From NCBI GenBank assembly GCA_041483195.1, contig JBGPFC010000002.1:159706-223705 (forward strand): a stretch of DNA of 64,000 nucleotides. Direction: 5' to 3'. The position numbers and the translations under genes are program-made. Positions 49,063 through 58,246 of this stretch are shown piece after piece. Each line of letters opens with the position of its first letter. Within the stretch, counting starts at the first letter, position 1. The notes below the pieces were generated by a model that saw nothing but the letters and a program-made list of their open reading frames with translations, had not been told where the DNA came from and ran no database searches. The stretch comes from Candidatus Eiseniibacteriota bacterium (lineage in GTDB: Bacteria > Eisenbacteria > RBG-16-71-46).

Positions 49063-49788
49063 ATGAAGACCCCGGTGTCGCTGTACGAGTTCATGCCCTA
49101 CGGCGCGCCAGAACTCATCGAGTCCCGGCAGGCGCACATGCTGCGGGCGCTGGGCCTCGCGACCGCCCTCGCGGTCGCCGTCTTCGGTGCCGGCGGGCGG
49201 CTCGCGACGCTCATCCCCGAAGCCCCGCCCGTGCTGAACATCCCCACCCACCACGTCTCCCGAGATCCTTCGCGGCCTCCGCTGTTACAAATGCCGGAGG
49301 CCCCGGCCGCGGCGCCGCGCGTCCGCGTCGAGCCCGATGCCGGTGTTCCGCTCCCGGTGCCGGACTCGAAGGCCCCGCCCGAGACCCGGGTCGCCGCCGA
49401 CCCGGACGTTCTTGGCGCGGCTCCCGACGCGACGATCGGAGCTGGCGAGGTGAGCGAAGCCACTCGAGGGACGGCGCCGGAGCCCCCGCTCCCCGGCATC
49501 GACGACTACGTCTACGTCGAGGAGCTGCCGGTTCCCGTCAAGCAGATCGTTCCGGCCTATCCCGAGATCGCGCGAGACGCGGGAGTCGAGGGGCTGGTGA
49601 TGGTGAAAGTGCTGGTCGGGAAGGACGGCCGCGTGCTCGACGTGTGGCTCGATCCGAAGCACGAGATCCCGATGCTGAACGACGCCGCGATGAGCGCGGC
49701 GCGAAAGTGGGTGTTCAAGCCGGCGTTCGCGAATGGGAAGCCGGTCCCGGTGTGGACGGCCATCCCGTTCAACTTCGTCCTGCGCTGA
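49063..49788 (+). CDS. TonB-family energy transducer
   Basis: TM anchor, Pro-rich linker, C-terminal YPEIAR..GVEG.V and W.FKPA motifs. Confidence 0.88.
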   Translation: MKTPVSLYEFMPYGAPELIESRQAHMLRALGLATALAVAVFGAGGRLATLIPEAPPVLNIPTHHVSRDPSRPPLLQMPEAPAAAPRVRVEPDAGVPLPVPDSKAPPETRVAADPDVLGAAPDATIGAGEVSEATRGTAPEPPLPGIDDYVYVEELPVPVKQIVPAYPEIARDAGVEGLVMVKVLVGKDGRVLDVWLDPKHEIPMLNDAAMSAARKWVFKPAFANGKPVPVWTAIPFNFVLR

Positions 49789-49840
49789 GTCGGCGCGGCG
49801 CAGGCGTCGCGAACGCGCCCAGGCGGTACACAGCGCCGCG

Positions 49841-50431
49841 TTATTCCACCAGCTTGCGGAAGCTCAGCGGTCGCTGGAGCCGTTCGAATCCGGTGCGCCG
49901 CGGGTCGTCCATCTGCGCGATCACGCGCTCGAGGTAGCGCATGTTGTTGAGGTCGGCGACCACCACCGCCGAAGGCGGCGGCTCGTTCACCACCACCACC
50001 AGCCGCAGCTTGGCGCCCACCAGATTCCACGCGTCGGCCGCCGCGCGCGTCGGCGGATAGCCCGGCAGCACCACGATCACGTCGGTCTCGGCCGGGAGCT
50101 GGTTCAGCACGTCGAGCGGCGCGTACTCGGGGGGCCATTGCGGGAGGGCGATCACCACGTGTTCGAGCGCGGGAAGCTGCTCGAGGTCGTGGAGCTCGTT
50201 CGCGCTCGGCACCCGCGTGAACTGGACGGTCGTCCCGATTCGGAGATCGGCGCGATCGAGCAGCAGCGGGTACGCGATGGTCCCGAACCCGGTGCGCCGT
50301 TCCGCGAACGGACTGCCGAGCGGGGAGACGGGGGCGGGTGCCGGCGCCTGAGCCGTGAGGGGCGGGCCGCCCGCGACGCACCCGGCCACCAGCCCGATGG
50401 CGAACGCCGTGCCGATGGTCCATGCACGCAT
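49841..50431 (-). CDS. Hypothetical exported protein or lipoprotein with internal repeats
   Basis: RBS AGGAGG, signal peptide with a VAGC lipobox candidate, protein-like composition. Confidence 0.65.
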   Translation of the reverse strand: MRAWTIGTAFAIGLVAGCVAGGPPLTAQAPAPAPVSPLGSPFAERRTGFGTIAYPLLLDRADLRIGTTVQFTRVPSANELHDLEQLPALEHVVIALPQWPPEYAPLDVLNQLPAETDVIVVLPGYPPTRAAADAWNLVGAKLRLVVVVNEPPPSAVVVADLNNMRYLERVIAQMDDPRRTGFERLQRPLSFRKLVE

Positions 50432-50566
50432 GTCGACCTCCTGATTTGCTGTGAAGGGTTGCGGTCCGGCCTCGCGATTCCCGCCGACTATGGTTCAGGC
50501 GTCGCCCATCCGCCAGGGCGGGCGAGCCGCCCGGCCGCGGCGCGCGGCTCGCGTAAAAGGCGTGCC

Positions 50567-50596
50567 TTGACGGCCCGAGCAACGGCATGGTAGAAA
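50567..50596 (+). promoter_or_regulatory. sigma70-type promoter for rplU-rpmA
   Basis: TTGACG-N18-TAGAAA with an extended TG. Confidence 0.45.
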
Positions 50597-50704
50597 ACCA
50601 CGTTCGGCGCTCGTCCGGGGGCTTGGCAGGAGCATGTCATCCGGCCGCGACGCCGCTTCAGATGATCCACGGGAATCGATGTAGGCCAAGGAGATAGCCA
50701 GCCG

Positions 50705-51016
50705 ATGTACGCCATCGTGAACATCAACGGCATCCAGACGAAGGTCGAGCCGGATGCGACGCTCGAGGTGCCGCGCCTCAAGGGTGAGCCGGGGGCCACG
50801 CTCACCTTCGATCAGGTGCTGCTGGTCTCGGACGGCGACAAGATCCAGGTCGGCCAGCCCTATCTGAAGGGCGCGACGCTCACCGCCGAGGTGGTGGATC
50901 ATCTCCGCGGCAAGAAGATCAAGATCTTCAAGTTCAAGCGCCGTCACGACTATCGCAAGCGGCGCGGCTACCGCGATGACCTCACGCGCATCCGCGTGAC
51001 GGCGATCACGGCGTAG
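50705..51016 (+). CDS. rplU: 50S ribosomal protein L21
   Basis: MYAIV, G.PYL.GA and KFKRR..YRK..G motifs. Confidence 0.97.
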   Translation: MYAIVNINGIQTKVEPDATLEVPRLKGEPGATLTFDQVLLVSDGDKIQVGQPYLKGATLTAEVVDHLRGKKIKIFKFKRRHDYRKRRGYRDDLTRIRVTAITA

Positions 51017-51026
51017 GGGAGCGCTC

Positions 51027-51299
51027 ATGGCTCACAAGAAAGGTCAGTCTTCGTCTCGGAACAATCGCGAGTCGAACGCGCAACGCCTCGGCGTCAAGCG
51101 CTTCGGCGGCGAGTTCGTGAGCGCGGGAAGCATCATCGTGCGGCAGCGCGGCACCAAGTTCCATCCCGGCACCAACGTTGGAATCGGGAAGGACGACACG
51201 CTGTTCGCGTTGATCGACGGCAAGGTGAAGTTCACGGGATCCACCGACACGCGGCGCAAGGTGCACGTCATGCCGCGCGAAGCGAGCCCGGTCCAGTAG
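51027..51299 (+). CDS. rpmA: 50S ribosomal protein L27
   Basis: MAHKKG, RLGVK, RQRGT and DTLFA motifs. Confidence 0.97.
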   Translation: MAHKKGQSSSRNNRESNAQRLGVKRFGGEFVSAGSIIVRQRGTKFHPGTNVGIGKDDTLFALIDGKVKFTGSTDTRRKVHVMPREASPVQ

Positions 51300-51408
51300 C
51301 CAGCCGCCAGACCGCTCGGGCGCCACGCCGTCGCGGGTCCCTCGGGACTCCGAGGGGGTGGCGCTTACGTTTGGGGTTCGTGGGGACTCAACAAGGGGAG
51401 GGTGGGAG

Positions 51409-52341
51409 ATGAATCGCAAAGTCGCAGTGATCGGCGCGGGCAACGTTGGCGCGAATACGGCACTCTACATCGCGGAGCGCGGACTCGCGGACGTCACCCT
51501 GATCGATATCGTGGAGGGCATGCCGCAGGGCAAGGCGCTCGACCTGCAGCAGGCGGCGCCGCTCTGGCACAAGGGCGGCAAGATCACGGGGGCGAACGAC
51601 CTGAGCGCCGTGGCCGGCGCGGACGTGGTGGTGATGACCGCGGGCTTCCCGCGCAAGCCCGGCATGTCGCGCACCGATCTCCTCAAGGCCAACGCCGACA
51701 TCGTGCGGCCCGCGGCCGAGGCGGTGAAGAAGCACGCGCCGCACGCCTACGCGGTGGTGGTCACCAATCCGCTCGACGTGATGGCCTATCTGTTCTGGAA
51801 GACCACCGGTTTCCCGAAGCAGCGCGTGCTCGGGATGGCGGGCATCCTCGACTCGGCCCGGATGCGCGCGTTCATCGCGATGGAGCTGGGCGTGTCGGGC
51901 GCCGACGTGGACGCGATGGTGCTCGGCGGCCACGGCGACTCGATGGTGCCGCTGCCGCGCTTCACGACGGTGGGCGGCATTCCCATCACCGAGCTGATGG
52001 CCGCCGACCGCATCGCCGCCATCTCGGATCGCACTCGCAACGGCGGCGCCGAGATCGTCAAGCTCCTGAAGACCGGCTCCGCCTACTACGCGCCCGCCAT
52101 GTCGGCGGTCGAGATGGTCGAGGCGATGCTCACCGACCAGAAACGGCTGGTGCCCTGCTCGGTGCTGCTCGATGGGGAGTACGGGTTGAAGGATCTCTTC
52201 ATCGGAGTGCCGGTGATGCTGGGCGCCGGCGGGGTCGAGAAGATCGTCGAGCTCAAGCTCAGCGCGGACGAGCTGGCGGCGCTCCGGAAGTCGGGCAAGG
52301 ACGTCGCGGACTCGATCGCGGAGCTCGCGGTCGGAGTCTGA
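51409..52341 (+). CDS. mdh: Malate dehydrogenase (LDH-like)
   Basis: IGAGNVG, PRKPGMSR, VTNPLD and LGGHGD motifs. Confidence 0.95.
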   Translation: MNRKVAVIGAGNVGANTALYIAERGLADVTLIDIVEGMPQGKALDLQQAAPLWHKGGKITGANDLSAVAGADVVVMTAGFPRKPGMSRTDLLKANADIVRPAAEAVKKHAPHAYAVVVTNPLDVMAYLFWKTTGFPKQRVLGMAGILDSARMRAFIAMELGVSGADVDAMVLGGHGDSMVPLPRFTTVGGIPITELMAADRIAAISDRTRNGGAEIVKLLKTGSAYYAPAMSAVEMVEAMLTDQKRLVPCSVLLDGEYGLKDLFIGVPVMLGAGGVEKIVELKLSADELAALRKSGKDVADSIAELAVGV

Positions 52342-52352
52342 CGCTCGTGAGC

Positions 52353-52997
52353 ATGCGCGCCGCCCTCGGGAAATCGTCCGAGGGCGGCGCGTCGCGTTTC
52401 GGCGGCTCGCGCCTCCGGATGGCGGGGGCGTGCGCGCTGCTCGGCGGGCTCGTCGTCGGACTCGTTCCGGCGATCGGCCCGGGACCGTCCGCGGCGGCCG
52501 GGGTCGCCGCGCTTCGGGCCGCCACGAGCACGCCCGCCCGCACGCGGAGCGTCGCGATGGCGGAGGATGCCGCGGCGCTCGCGGCCATGCGCGACACCGT
52601 GGCGGGCGTGTTGCTGCGCGGCGCCCCGCCCGGTGACTCCGCGATTCACGTCGTCCGCGACACGACCGTTTTCGCGTACCAGTATGCCCGCGCCACCGCG
52701 CGCGCCTGCCGGGTTCGCATGGTCGTGAACGACACCACGCCCTGCCCGGTCTCGGCGTTCGAAAGGTGGCTGAACGCCTCGGGATGGATGCACCACCCGG
52801 GCTACGACGCGGACAGCCCGGACGGAACGGTCTTCGCCTACGATCGCGGCCGGCTGTTCTGCCTGGTCGAAGGCTCGTGGGACGGCGGTGACGATTCCGA
52901 TTCCACGGTCGTTCCCGTCCCGGGCTGCACCTTGACCGTGACGCTGGCGCCGCTCCGCATGGACGACACGCTGCGCTGGGAGCCGCGGCCGCGATGA
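52353..52997 (+). CDS. Hypothetical exported protein
   Basis: Hydrophobic signal-like segment and a Cys-containing globular C-terminus; the stop overlaps the kdsB ATG. Start uncertain (52353 or 52419). Confidence 0.6.
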   Translation: MRAALGKSSEGGASRFGGSRLRMAGACALLGGLVVGLVPAIGPGPSAAAGVAALRAATSTPARTRSVAMAEDAAALAAMRDTVAGVLLRGAPPGDSAIHVVRDTTVFAYQYARATARACRVRMVVNDTTPCPVSAFERWLNASGWMHHPGYDADSPDGTVFAYDRGRLFCLVEGSWDGGDDSDSTVVPVPGCTLTVTLAPLRMDDTLRWEPRPR

Positions 52998-53722
52998 CCG
53001 CGAAAGCGGTGCTGGCCGTGATCCCCGCCCGGTACGGCGCGCAGCGCTTCCCCGGCAAGCCGCTCGCGACGCTGTGGGGCAGGCCCATGCTCCAGCACGT
53101 GTGGGAGCGCGCGCGCGCTGCGCGCGGGATCGACCGGCTCGTGATCGCGACCGACGACGAGCGCATCGCGGTCGCCGCGCACGGATTCGGGGCGGAGGTC
53201 GAGATGACCGGCGTGGACTGCGCGACCGGCACGGACCGCGTCGCGCAGGTCGCGCGGCGCCATCCCGAGTGCGGCATCGTCGTGAATCTCCAGGGCGACG
53301 AGCCGGAGCTCGACTCCGAAGGCGTCGCGCGCATGATCGCGGGGATGCGCGCCGATCCATCGTTGCGGATGGCGACGCTCGCGCACCGCGAGAGCGACCC
53401 CGCGTCGCTCGCGGCGAAGGACGTGGTCAAGGTGGCGGTGGACGCGAACGGCTTCGCGCTCTACTTTAGCCGGGCGCACGTCGAGTCGGGGCGCGGCGCC
53501 ACCCTGCGTCACGTGGGCGTCTACGGATTCACACGCGAGTGCCTCCTCGAGTTCGCGGCCTGGCCCCCGGGCAGGCAGGAACGGGTCGAGCGTCTCGAGC
53601 AGTTGCGGGCGCTCGAGCGCGGGGTGAAGATCCGGGTGTTCGAGGCGGCACGCGCGTTCTCGGGCGTCGACACCCCGGAGCAGCTGGCGGCACTGGAGAA
53701 GCGCGGACCGCGACCGGATTGA
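52994..53722 (+). CDS. kdsB: CMP-Kdo synthetase
   Basis: IPARY..RFPGKPL, TGTDR, NLQGDEP and LEQLRAL motifs. Confidence 0.95.
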   Translation: MTAKAVLAVIPARYGAQRFPGKPLATLWGRPMLQHVWERARAARGIDRLVIATDDERIAVAAHGFGAEVEMTGVDCATGTDRVAQVARRHPECGIVVNLQGDEPELDSEGVARMIAGMRADPSLRMATLAHRESDPASLAAKDVVKVAVDANGFALYFSRAHVESGRGATLRHVGVYGFTRECLLEFAAWPPGRQERVERLEQLRALERGVKIRVFEAARAFSGVDTPEQLAALEKRGPRPD

Positions 53723-53807
53723 GGGCGAAGCGGCGGCGGCAGGCCGCGTGCGAGCGCCCTCTGCGATGCGGTTCGAAGCGAAACCCTCAGCGAAGGGAAA
53801 CGGAACG

Positions 53808-55538
53808 ATGGCCAAGATCGTGGTGGTCACCGGCGGGGTGGTGTCCTCGCTCGGCAAGGGAATTGCCGCGGCTTCGCTCGGGTTGCTGCTCAAGGCGCGC
53901 GGGTTGCGCGTCACGCTGCAGAAGCTCGATCCCTATCTCAACATCGATCCGGGCACCATGAGCCCGTTCCAGCACGGCGAGGTGTTCGTCACCGACGACG
54001 GCGCCGAGACCGATCTCGATCTCGGCCACTACGAGCGCTTCACCGGGATCAGCGTCACCCGCAGCCACAACGTCACCGCGGGCCAGGTCTACGACGCGAT
54101 ACTCTCGAAGGAGCGCCGCGGCGACTACCTGGGCCGCACGGTGCAGGTCATCCCGCACGTCACCGACGAGATCAAGCGCCGCATCATGAGCCTCGGACTC
54201 ACGACCCAGGCCGACGTCCAGATCGTCGAGATCGGCGGCACGGTGGGAGACATCGAGTCGCTGCCGTTCCTCGAGGCGGTCCGCCAGCTCAAGCTCGAGC
54301 ACCGTCGCGAGACCCTCTTCATCCACGTGACGCTGGTGCCGTTCATCAAGGCGGCCGGCGAGATGAAGACCAAGCCGACGCAGCACTCGGTCAAGGAGCT
54401 GCGCGAGATCGGCATCCAGCCCGACATCCTGTTGTGCCGCTGCGAGCGTCCCCTCACGAGCGAGCTGCGCGAGAAGATCGCCCTGTTCTGCAACCTGCCG
54501 ACCGAAGCGGTCATCGACGCCACCGACGTGGGCTCGATCTACGAGGTGCCGCAGGTCTTCCATCGCGGCGGGCTCGACTCGCTGGTGGTGCGCGAGCTGG
54601 CGCTCGACGCCGGCGATCCGGACCTCAAGGCCTGGGACGGTTTCGTCTCGCGCGTCCTCAATCCCACCCGGCAGGCCGTGGTCGGCATCGTCGGCAAGTA
54701 CACGCACGTGCGCGACGCCTACAAGAGCATCATCGAGGCGTTCGTCCACGCGGGGGCGGCCAACCAGGCGCGCATCGATCTGCAGTGGATCGAGGGCGAG
54801 GAGATCGAACAGAAGGGAGCGAGCGCGTTCCTCAACGATCTCGACGGCGTCGTCGTGCCGGGGGGGTTCGGCGAGCGCGGCATCGAGGGCAAGATCCTCG
54901 CCGCCCAGTTCGCCCGCGAGCGGGGCATCCCCTACCTGGGTCTCTGCCTCGGCATGCAGGTGGCGACCATCGAGTTCGCTCGCCACGTCGCCGGCTGGGC
55001 GCAGGCCAACTCGAGCGAGTTCGACCCGTCGACGCCGCAGAAGGTGATCGACCTCCTCAGCGAGCAATCGGACGTCACCGACAAGGGCGGCACCATGCGG
55101 TTGGGCGCCTACCGCTGCGCGCTCAAGGAGGGGAGCCTCGCCGCGCGCGCCTACGGCAAGCTCGAGGTCGAGGAGCGGCACCGCCACCGCTACGAGTTCA
55201 ACAACAAGTACGCCGCCCAGCTCCAGTCACGCGGGCTGGTGCTGTCGGGCAAGTGCGTGGGCCGCGAGCTGGTCGAGATCATCGAGCTGCCCGACCACCC
55301 GTGGTTCCTGGCGGTGCAGTTCCACCCGGAGTTGAAGTCGCGACCGCACGAGCCGCATCCGCTGTTCGTCGACTTCGTGCGCGCCTCGCTGGAGCGTCGT
55401 CTCGCCCGGCTGGGGCACAACGACTACTCGCCTCCGGCCGCGCACGAGGAGGGCGCCCCGGCGTCCGACGACACGGCGCTGAGCATGCCCACCACCGGGT
55501 CGAGCGCTCCGCGGCCCACCGCGCCGCGCAGAGCATGA
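53808..55538 (+). CDS. pyrG: CTP synthase
   Basis: [27 protein letters not shown] and QFHPE motifs. Confidence 0.98.
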   Translation: MAKIVVVTGGVVSSLGKGIAAASLGLLLKARGLRVTLQKLDPYLNIDPGTMSPFQHGEVFVTDDGAETDLDLGHYERFTGISVTRSHNVTAGQVYDAILSKERRGDYLGRTVQVIPHVTDEIKRRIMSLGLTTQADVQIVEIGGTVGDIESLPFLEAVRQLKLEHRRETLFIHVTLVPFIKAAGEMKTKPTQHSVKELREIGIQPDILLCRCERPLTSELREKIALFCNLPTEAVIDATDVGSIYEVPQVFHRGGLDSLVVRELALDAGDPDLKAWDGFVSRVLNPTRQAVVGIVGKYTHVRDAYKSIIEAFVHAGAANQARIDLQWIEGEEIEQKGASAFLNDLDGVVVPGGFGERGIEGKILAAQFARERGIPYLGLCLGMQVATIEFARHVAGWAQANSSEFDPSTPQKVIDLLSEQSDVTDKGGTMRLGAYRCALKEGSLAARAYGKLEVEERHRHRYEFNNKYAAQLQSRGLVLSGKCVGRELVEIIELPDHPWFLAVQFHPELKSRPHEPHPLFVDFVRASLERRLARLGHNDYSPPAAHEEGAPASDDTALSMPTTGSSAPRPTAPRRA

Positions 55539-56356
55539 AGCGTTTCAGCATCGGCGCGGCGCAGGCCGGCGGGCCGCGGCTGCTGGTCATCGCGGGGCCC
55601 TGCGTCGTCGAGAGCGCCGAGATGTGCCTCAAGGTGGCCGTCCAGCTCAAGGCCGCATGCGCCGCTCGCGACCTCCCGTTCGTCTTCAAGGCCTCCTACC
55701 GCAAAGCCAACCGCTCGAGCGGGCGTTCGTTCGCGGGGCTGCCGATGGACGAAGCGCTCGCAGCACTCGCGCGCGCCAGGCGCGAGGCCGGCGTGCCGGT
55801 GATCACCGACGTGCACGAGGTGACCGAGGTGGCCGCCGCGGCCGAGGTGGCCGACGCGCTCCAGATCCCGGCCTTCCTCTGCCGCCAGACCGCGCTGCTC
55901 GAGGCGGCGGCACGCACGGGCCGGGCGGTGAACGTGAAGAAGGGTCAGTTCCTGGCTCCCGAGGACATGGCGCAGCCCGTCGAGAAGCTCACCGCCGCGG
56001 GGAGCGATCGCATCCTGCTCACCGAGCGCGGCACCAGCTTCGGCTACCACGACCTGGTGGTGGACATGCGCGGGCTGGTGGCAATGCGTGCCCTGGGGTG
56101 GCCGGTGGTGTTCGACGCCACCCACAGCCTGCAGAAACCCGGTGGCGCCGAGACGCGCGGCGACCGCCGCTACGCGTTCCCGCTCATGCGCGCCGCGATC
56201 GCCTGCGGCGTGGACGGGTTGTTCTTCGAGGCGCATCCCGATCCCGAACGCGCCCTCTCGGACGCCGGCACCCAGCTGCCGCTCGCCGAGGTCGAAGGAT
56301 TCCTCGACGAGGCGAGGCGGGTGCACGAGGCGGTGACCGAACGCACCCATGCCTAG
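55535..56356 (+). CDS. kdsA: Kdo-8-phosphate synthase
   Basis: [27 protein letters not shown] and DATHS motifs. Confidence 0.96.
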   Translation: MKRFSIGAAQAGGPRLLVIAGPCVVESAEMCLKVAVQLKAACAARDLPFVFKASYRKANRSSGRSFAGLPMDEALAALARARREAGVPVITDVHEVTEVAAAAEVADALQIPAFLCRQTALLEAAARTGRAVNVKKGQFLAPEDMAQPVEKLTAAGSDRILLTERGTSFGYHDLVVDMRGLVAMRALGWPVVFDATHSLQKPGGAETRGDRRYAFPLMRAAIACGVDGLFFEAHPDPERALSDAGTQLPLAEVEGFLDEARRVHEAVTERTHA

Positions 56357-56864
56357 CCCCGTCACCGGCAAGGTCCGCATCCTGTTCCTGGATGTCGATG
56401 GCACCATGACCGACGGCGTGATCGGCTGGGACACGCGCGGCGACACGCGGAACTTCTACGTCCGCGATGGCCTCGCGCTGGACTGGGCACGCGACTCGGG
56501 CCTGCTGCCGGTCGTCATCTCGGGCCGCGACTCGATGGCGGTCAAGGGACGCATGGCCGATCTGAGGCTCGAGCACTACCTCGGCATCAAGGACAAGGTG
56601 GCCGTGGCCGAGGAGGTGCGAGCGCGGGAAGAGGTGCTGTGGAGCGCCTGCGCGATGGTGGGCGACGACCTGCCCGACGTGCCGCTGCTCAAGCGCGTGG
56701 GTTGGCCGATCGCGGTCGCGGACGCCGTGTCGGAGGTGAGGGCCGTGGCCCGGCTGACCACGGTCCACGATGCCGGCCGCGGCGCCGTGCGCGAGGTGGT
56801 CGAGACGCTGCTGCGGCACAACGGCACCTGGGATGACGTGCTGCGCAGGTACGAGGCACTGTGA
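56349..56864 (+). CDS. kdsC: Kdo-8-phosphate phosphatase (HAD family)
   Basis: DVDGTMTDG, GDD..D and GRGAVRE motifs. Confidence 0.92.
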   Translation: MPSPVTGKVRILFLDVDGTMTDGVIGWDTRGDTRNFYVRDGLALDWARDSGLLPVVISGRDSMAVKGRMADLRLEHYLGIKDKVAVAEEVRAREEVLWSACAMVGDDLPDVPLLKRVGWPIAVADAVSEVRAVARLTTVHDAGRGAVREVVETLLRHNGTWDDVLRRYEAL

Positions 56865-57922
56865 AGACCAAGCCAGCCCGCAAGTCCGCCAAGAAGCGCG
56901 GGATGGCGGCCGCTCCTCGAGCAAAGCCTCAGCCTCGGGGGAAGCGAGCGGCCGCCGATCTGCTGGCCCTCGCCCGCCAGGTGGTGCGCACCGAGGCCGC
57001 CGCCGTCGCGGCACTCGAGCATCGGCTCGGCCCCGAGTTCCTGCGCGCGGTGGAGATCCTGGGGGAGTGCCGCGGGAAGGTGATCGTCTCGGGCGTCGGC
57101 AAGTCGGGCCTGATCGCCCACAAGCTCGCCGCCACGCTCACCAGCACCGGCACGCCGGCGGTGTTCCTGCACCCCACCGATGCGCTGCACGGCGATGCCG
57201 GCCTGTTCACGCCGGGCGATGCCGCGCTGTTCATCTCGAAGAGCGGCGGGAGCGAGGAGCTGCTGGCGCTGCTCCAGTACCTGGAGCGTCACGGCATCCC
57301 GCTGGTGAGCATCATCGCCACTAGGGCATCGGCGCTCGCCACGCGCAGCCAGGTCACCTTGCTGACCGGCCCCGCACGCGAGGCGTGTCCCATGGAACTC
57401 ACCCCGACGACCAGCATCACGCTCGCCCAGGTGATGGGCGACTGCCTGGCGGTGGCGCTGCTCCAGCGCCGCGGCTTCCGGCCGGAGGACTTCCGCTTCC
57501 TGCATCCGGGTGGCGTCATCGGCGGCATCGCCTCGCGCCGCGTGGGCGAGCTGATGCACGCGGGCGAGGGGGTGCCGCGGATCGGCGAGTCCGCCGGGCT
57601 GCGCGCCGTCATGCTCGAGATCATGGCCAAGCTGCTGGGGATCGTCGCGGTGGTGGACGGGAACGGTCGGCTCTCGGGCGTGATCACCGACGGCGACTTC
57701 AAGCGGATCCTGGTGCGGCACGCCGATCCCTGGCATCTGACTGCCGCCGACGTGATGACCCGCTCGCCCAGCACCATCGCCAAGGAGATGCTGGTGGCCG
57801 CCGCGGTGCGGACGATGGAGGAGCACGCTCCGGGTCCCATCACCGCCCTGGTGGTGGTGGACGGCGATCGCCGTCCGATCGGGGTGCTCCATCTGCACGA
57901 CTGCCTGCGCGCCGGGACGTAA
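56861..57922 (+). CDS. kdsD: Arabinose-5-phosphate isomerase (SIS plus CBS domains)
   Basis: GVGKSG, HGD, PTTS and HPGG motifs plus a CBS pair. Confidence 0.94.
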   Translation: MKTKPARKSAKKRGMAAAPRAKPQPRGKRAAADLLALARQVVRTEAAAVAALEHRLGPEFLRAVEILGECRGKVIVSGVGKSGLIAHKLAATLTSTGTPAVFLHPTDALHGDAGLFTPGDAALFISKSGGSEELLALLQYLERHGIPLVSIIATRASALATRSQVTLLTGPAREACPMELTPTTSITLAQVMGDCLAVALLQRRGFRPEDFRFLHPGGVIGGIASRRVGELMHAGEGVPRIGESAGLRAVMLEIMAKLLGIVAVVDGNGRLSGVITDGDFKRILVRHADPWHLTAADVMTRSPSTIAKEMLVAAAVRTMEEHAPGPITALVVVDGDRRPIGVLHLHDCLRAGT

Positions 57923-57966
57923 CGTCGGTCGACCACGCCGCGCCACCGCCCGACCCTCAAACAGCT

Positions 57967-57996
57967 CCGCCCCGAGGCCCATGCTCCTCGGGGCGG
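57967..57996. terminator. Likely bidirectional terminator between convergent kdsD and the pilin cassette
   Basis: CCGCCCCGAGG-N8-CCTCGGGGCGG, a perfect 11-bp stem. Confidence 0.65.
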
Positions 57997-58021
57997 TTGT
58001 GACGACCGGCCGGTGGACGAC

Positions 58022-58246
58022 CTAACCGTTGAAGACCTCGTACTTCTTGTTCGCCGGCGTGATCCCCGGCGCCACCTTCTGGGTGTTCGGCGCGGGGGTG
58101 ACCTTGGGCGCCGAGACCTTGGTCGGCACCTCGCGCTCCTTGTGCGACCGGGTCCACGCCTCGTAACCCATCAGGCCGCCCAACCCGAGGATGAGCGCGA
58201 CCATGACCGGGATGATGAGCTGATTACCGTCGGGACGAGACATCAC
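58022..58246 (-). CDS. Small single-TM protein at the end of the pilin operon
   Basis: LIIPVMVALILGLGGLMGY hydrophobic helix and a Pro/Lys tail; the start overlaps the upstream stop. Confidence 0.6.
   Translation of the reverse strand: MMSRPDGNQLIIPVMVALILGLGGLMGYEAWTRSHKEREVPTKVSAPKVTPAPNTQKVAPGITPANKKYEVFNG

Noticed and set aside
50705..52341. obgE missing after rplU-rpmA
   Set aside because: That linkage is often broken, so its absence is not informative.
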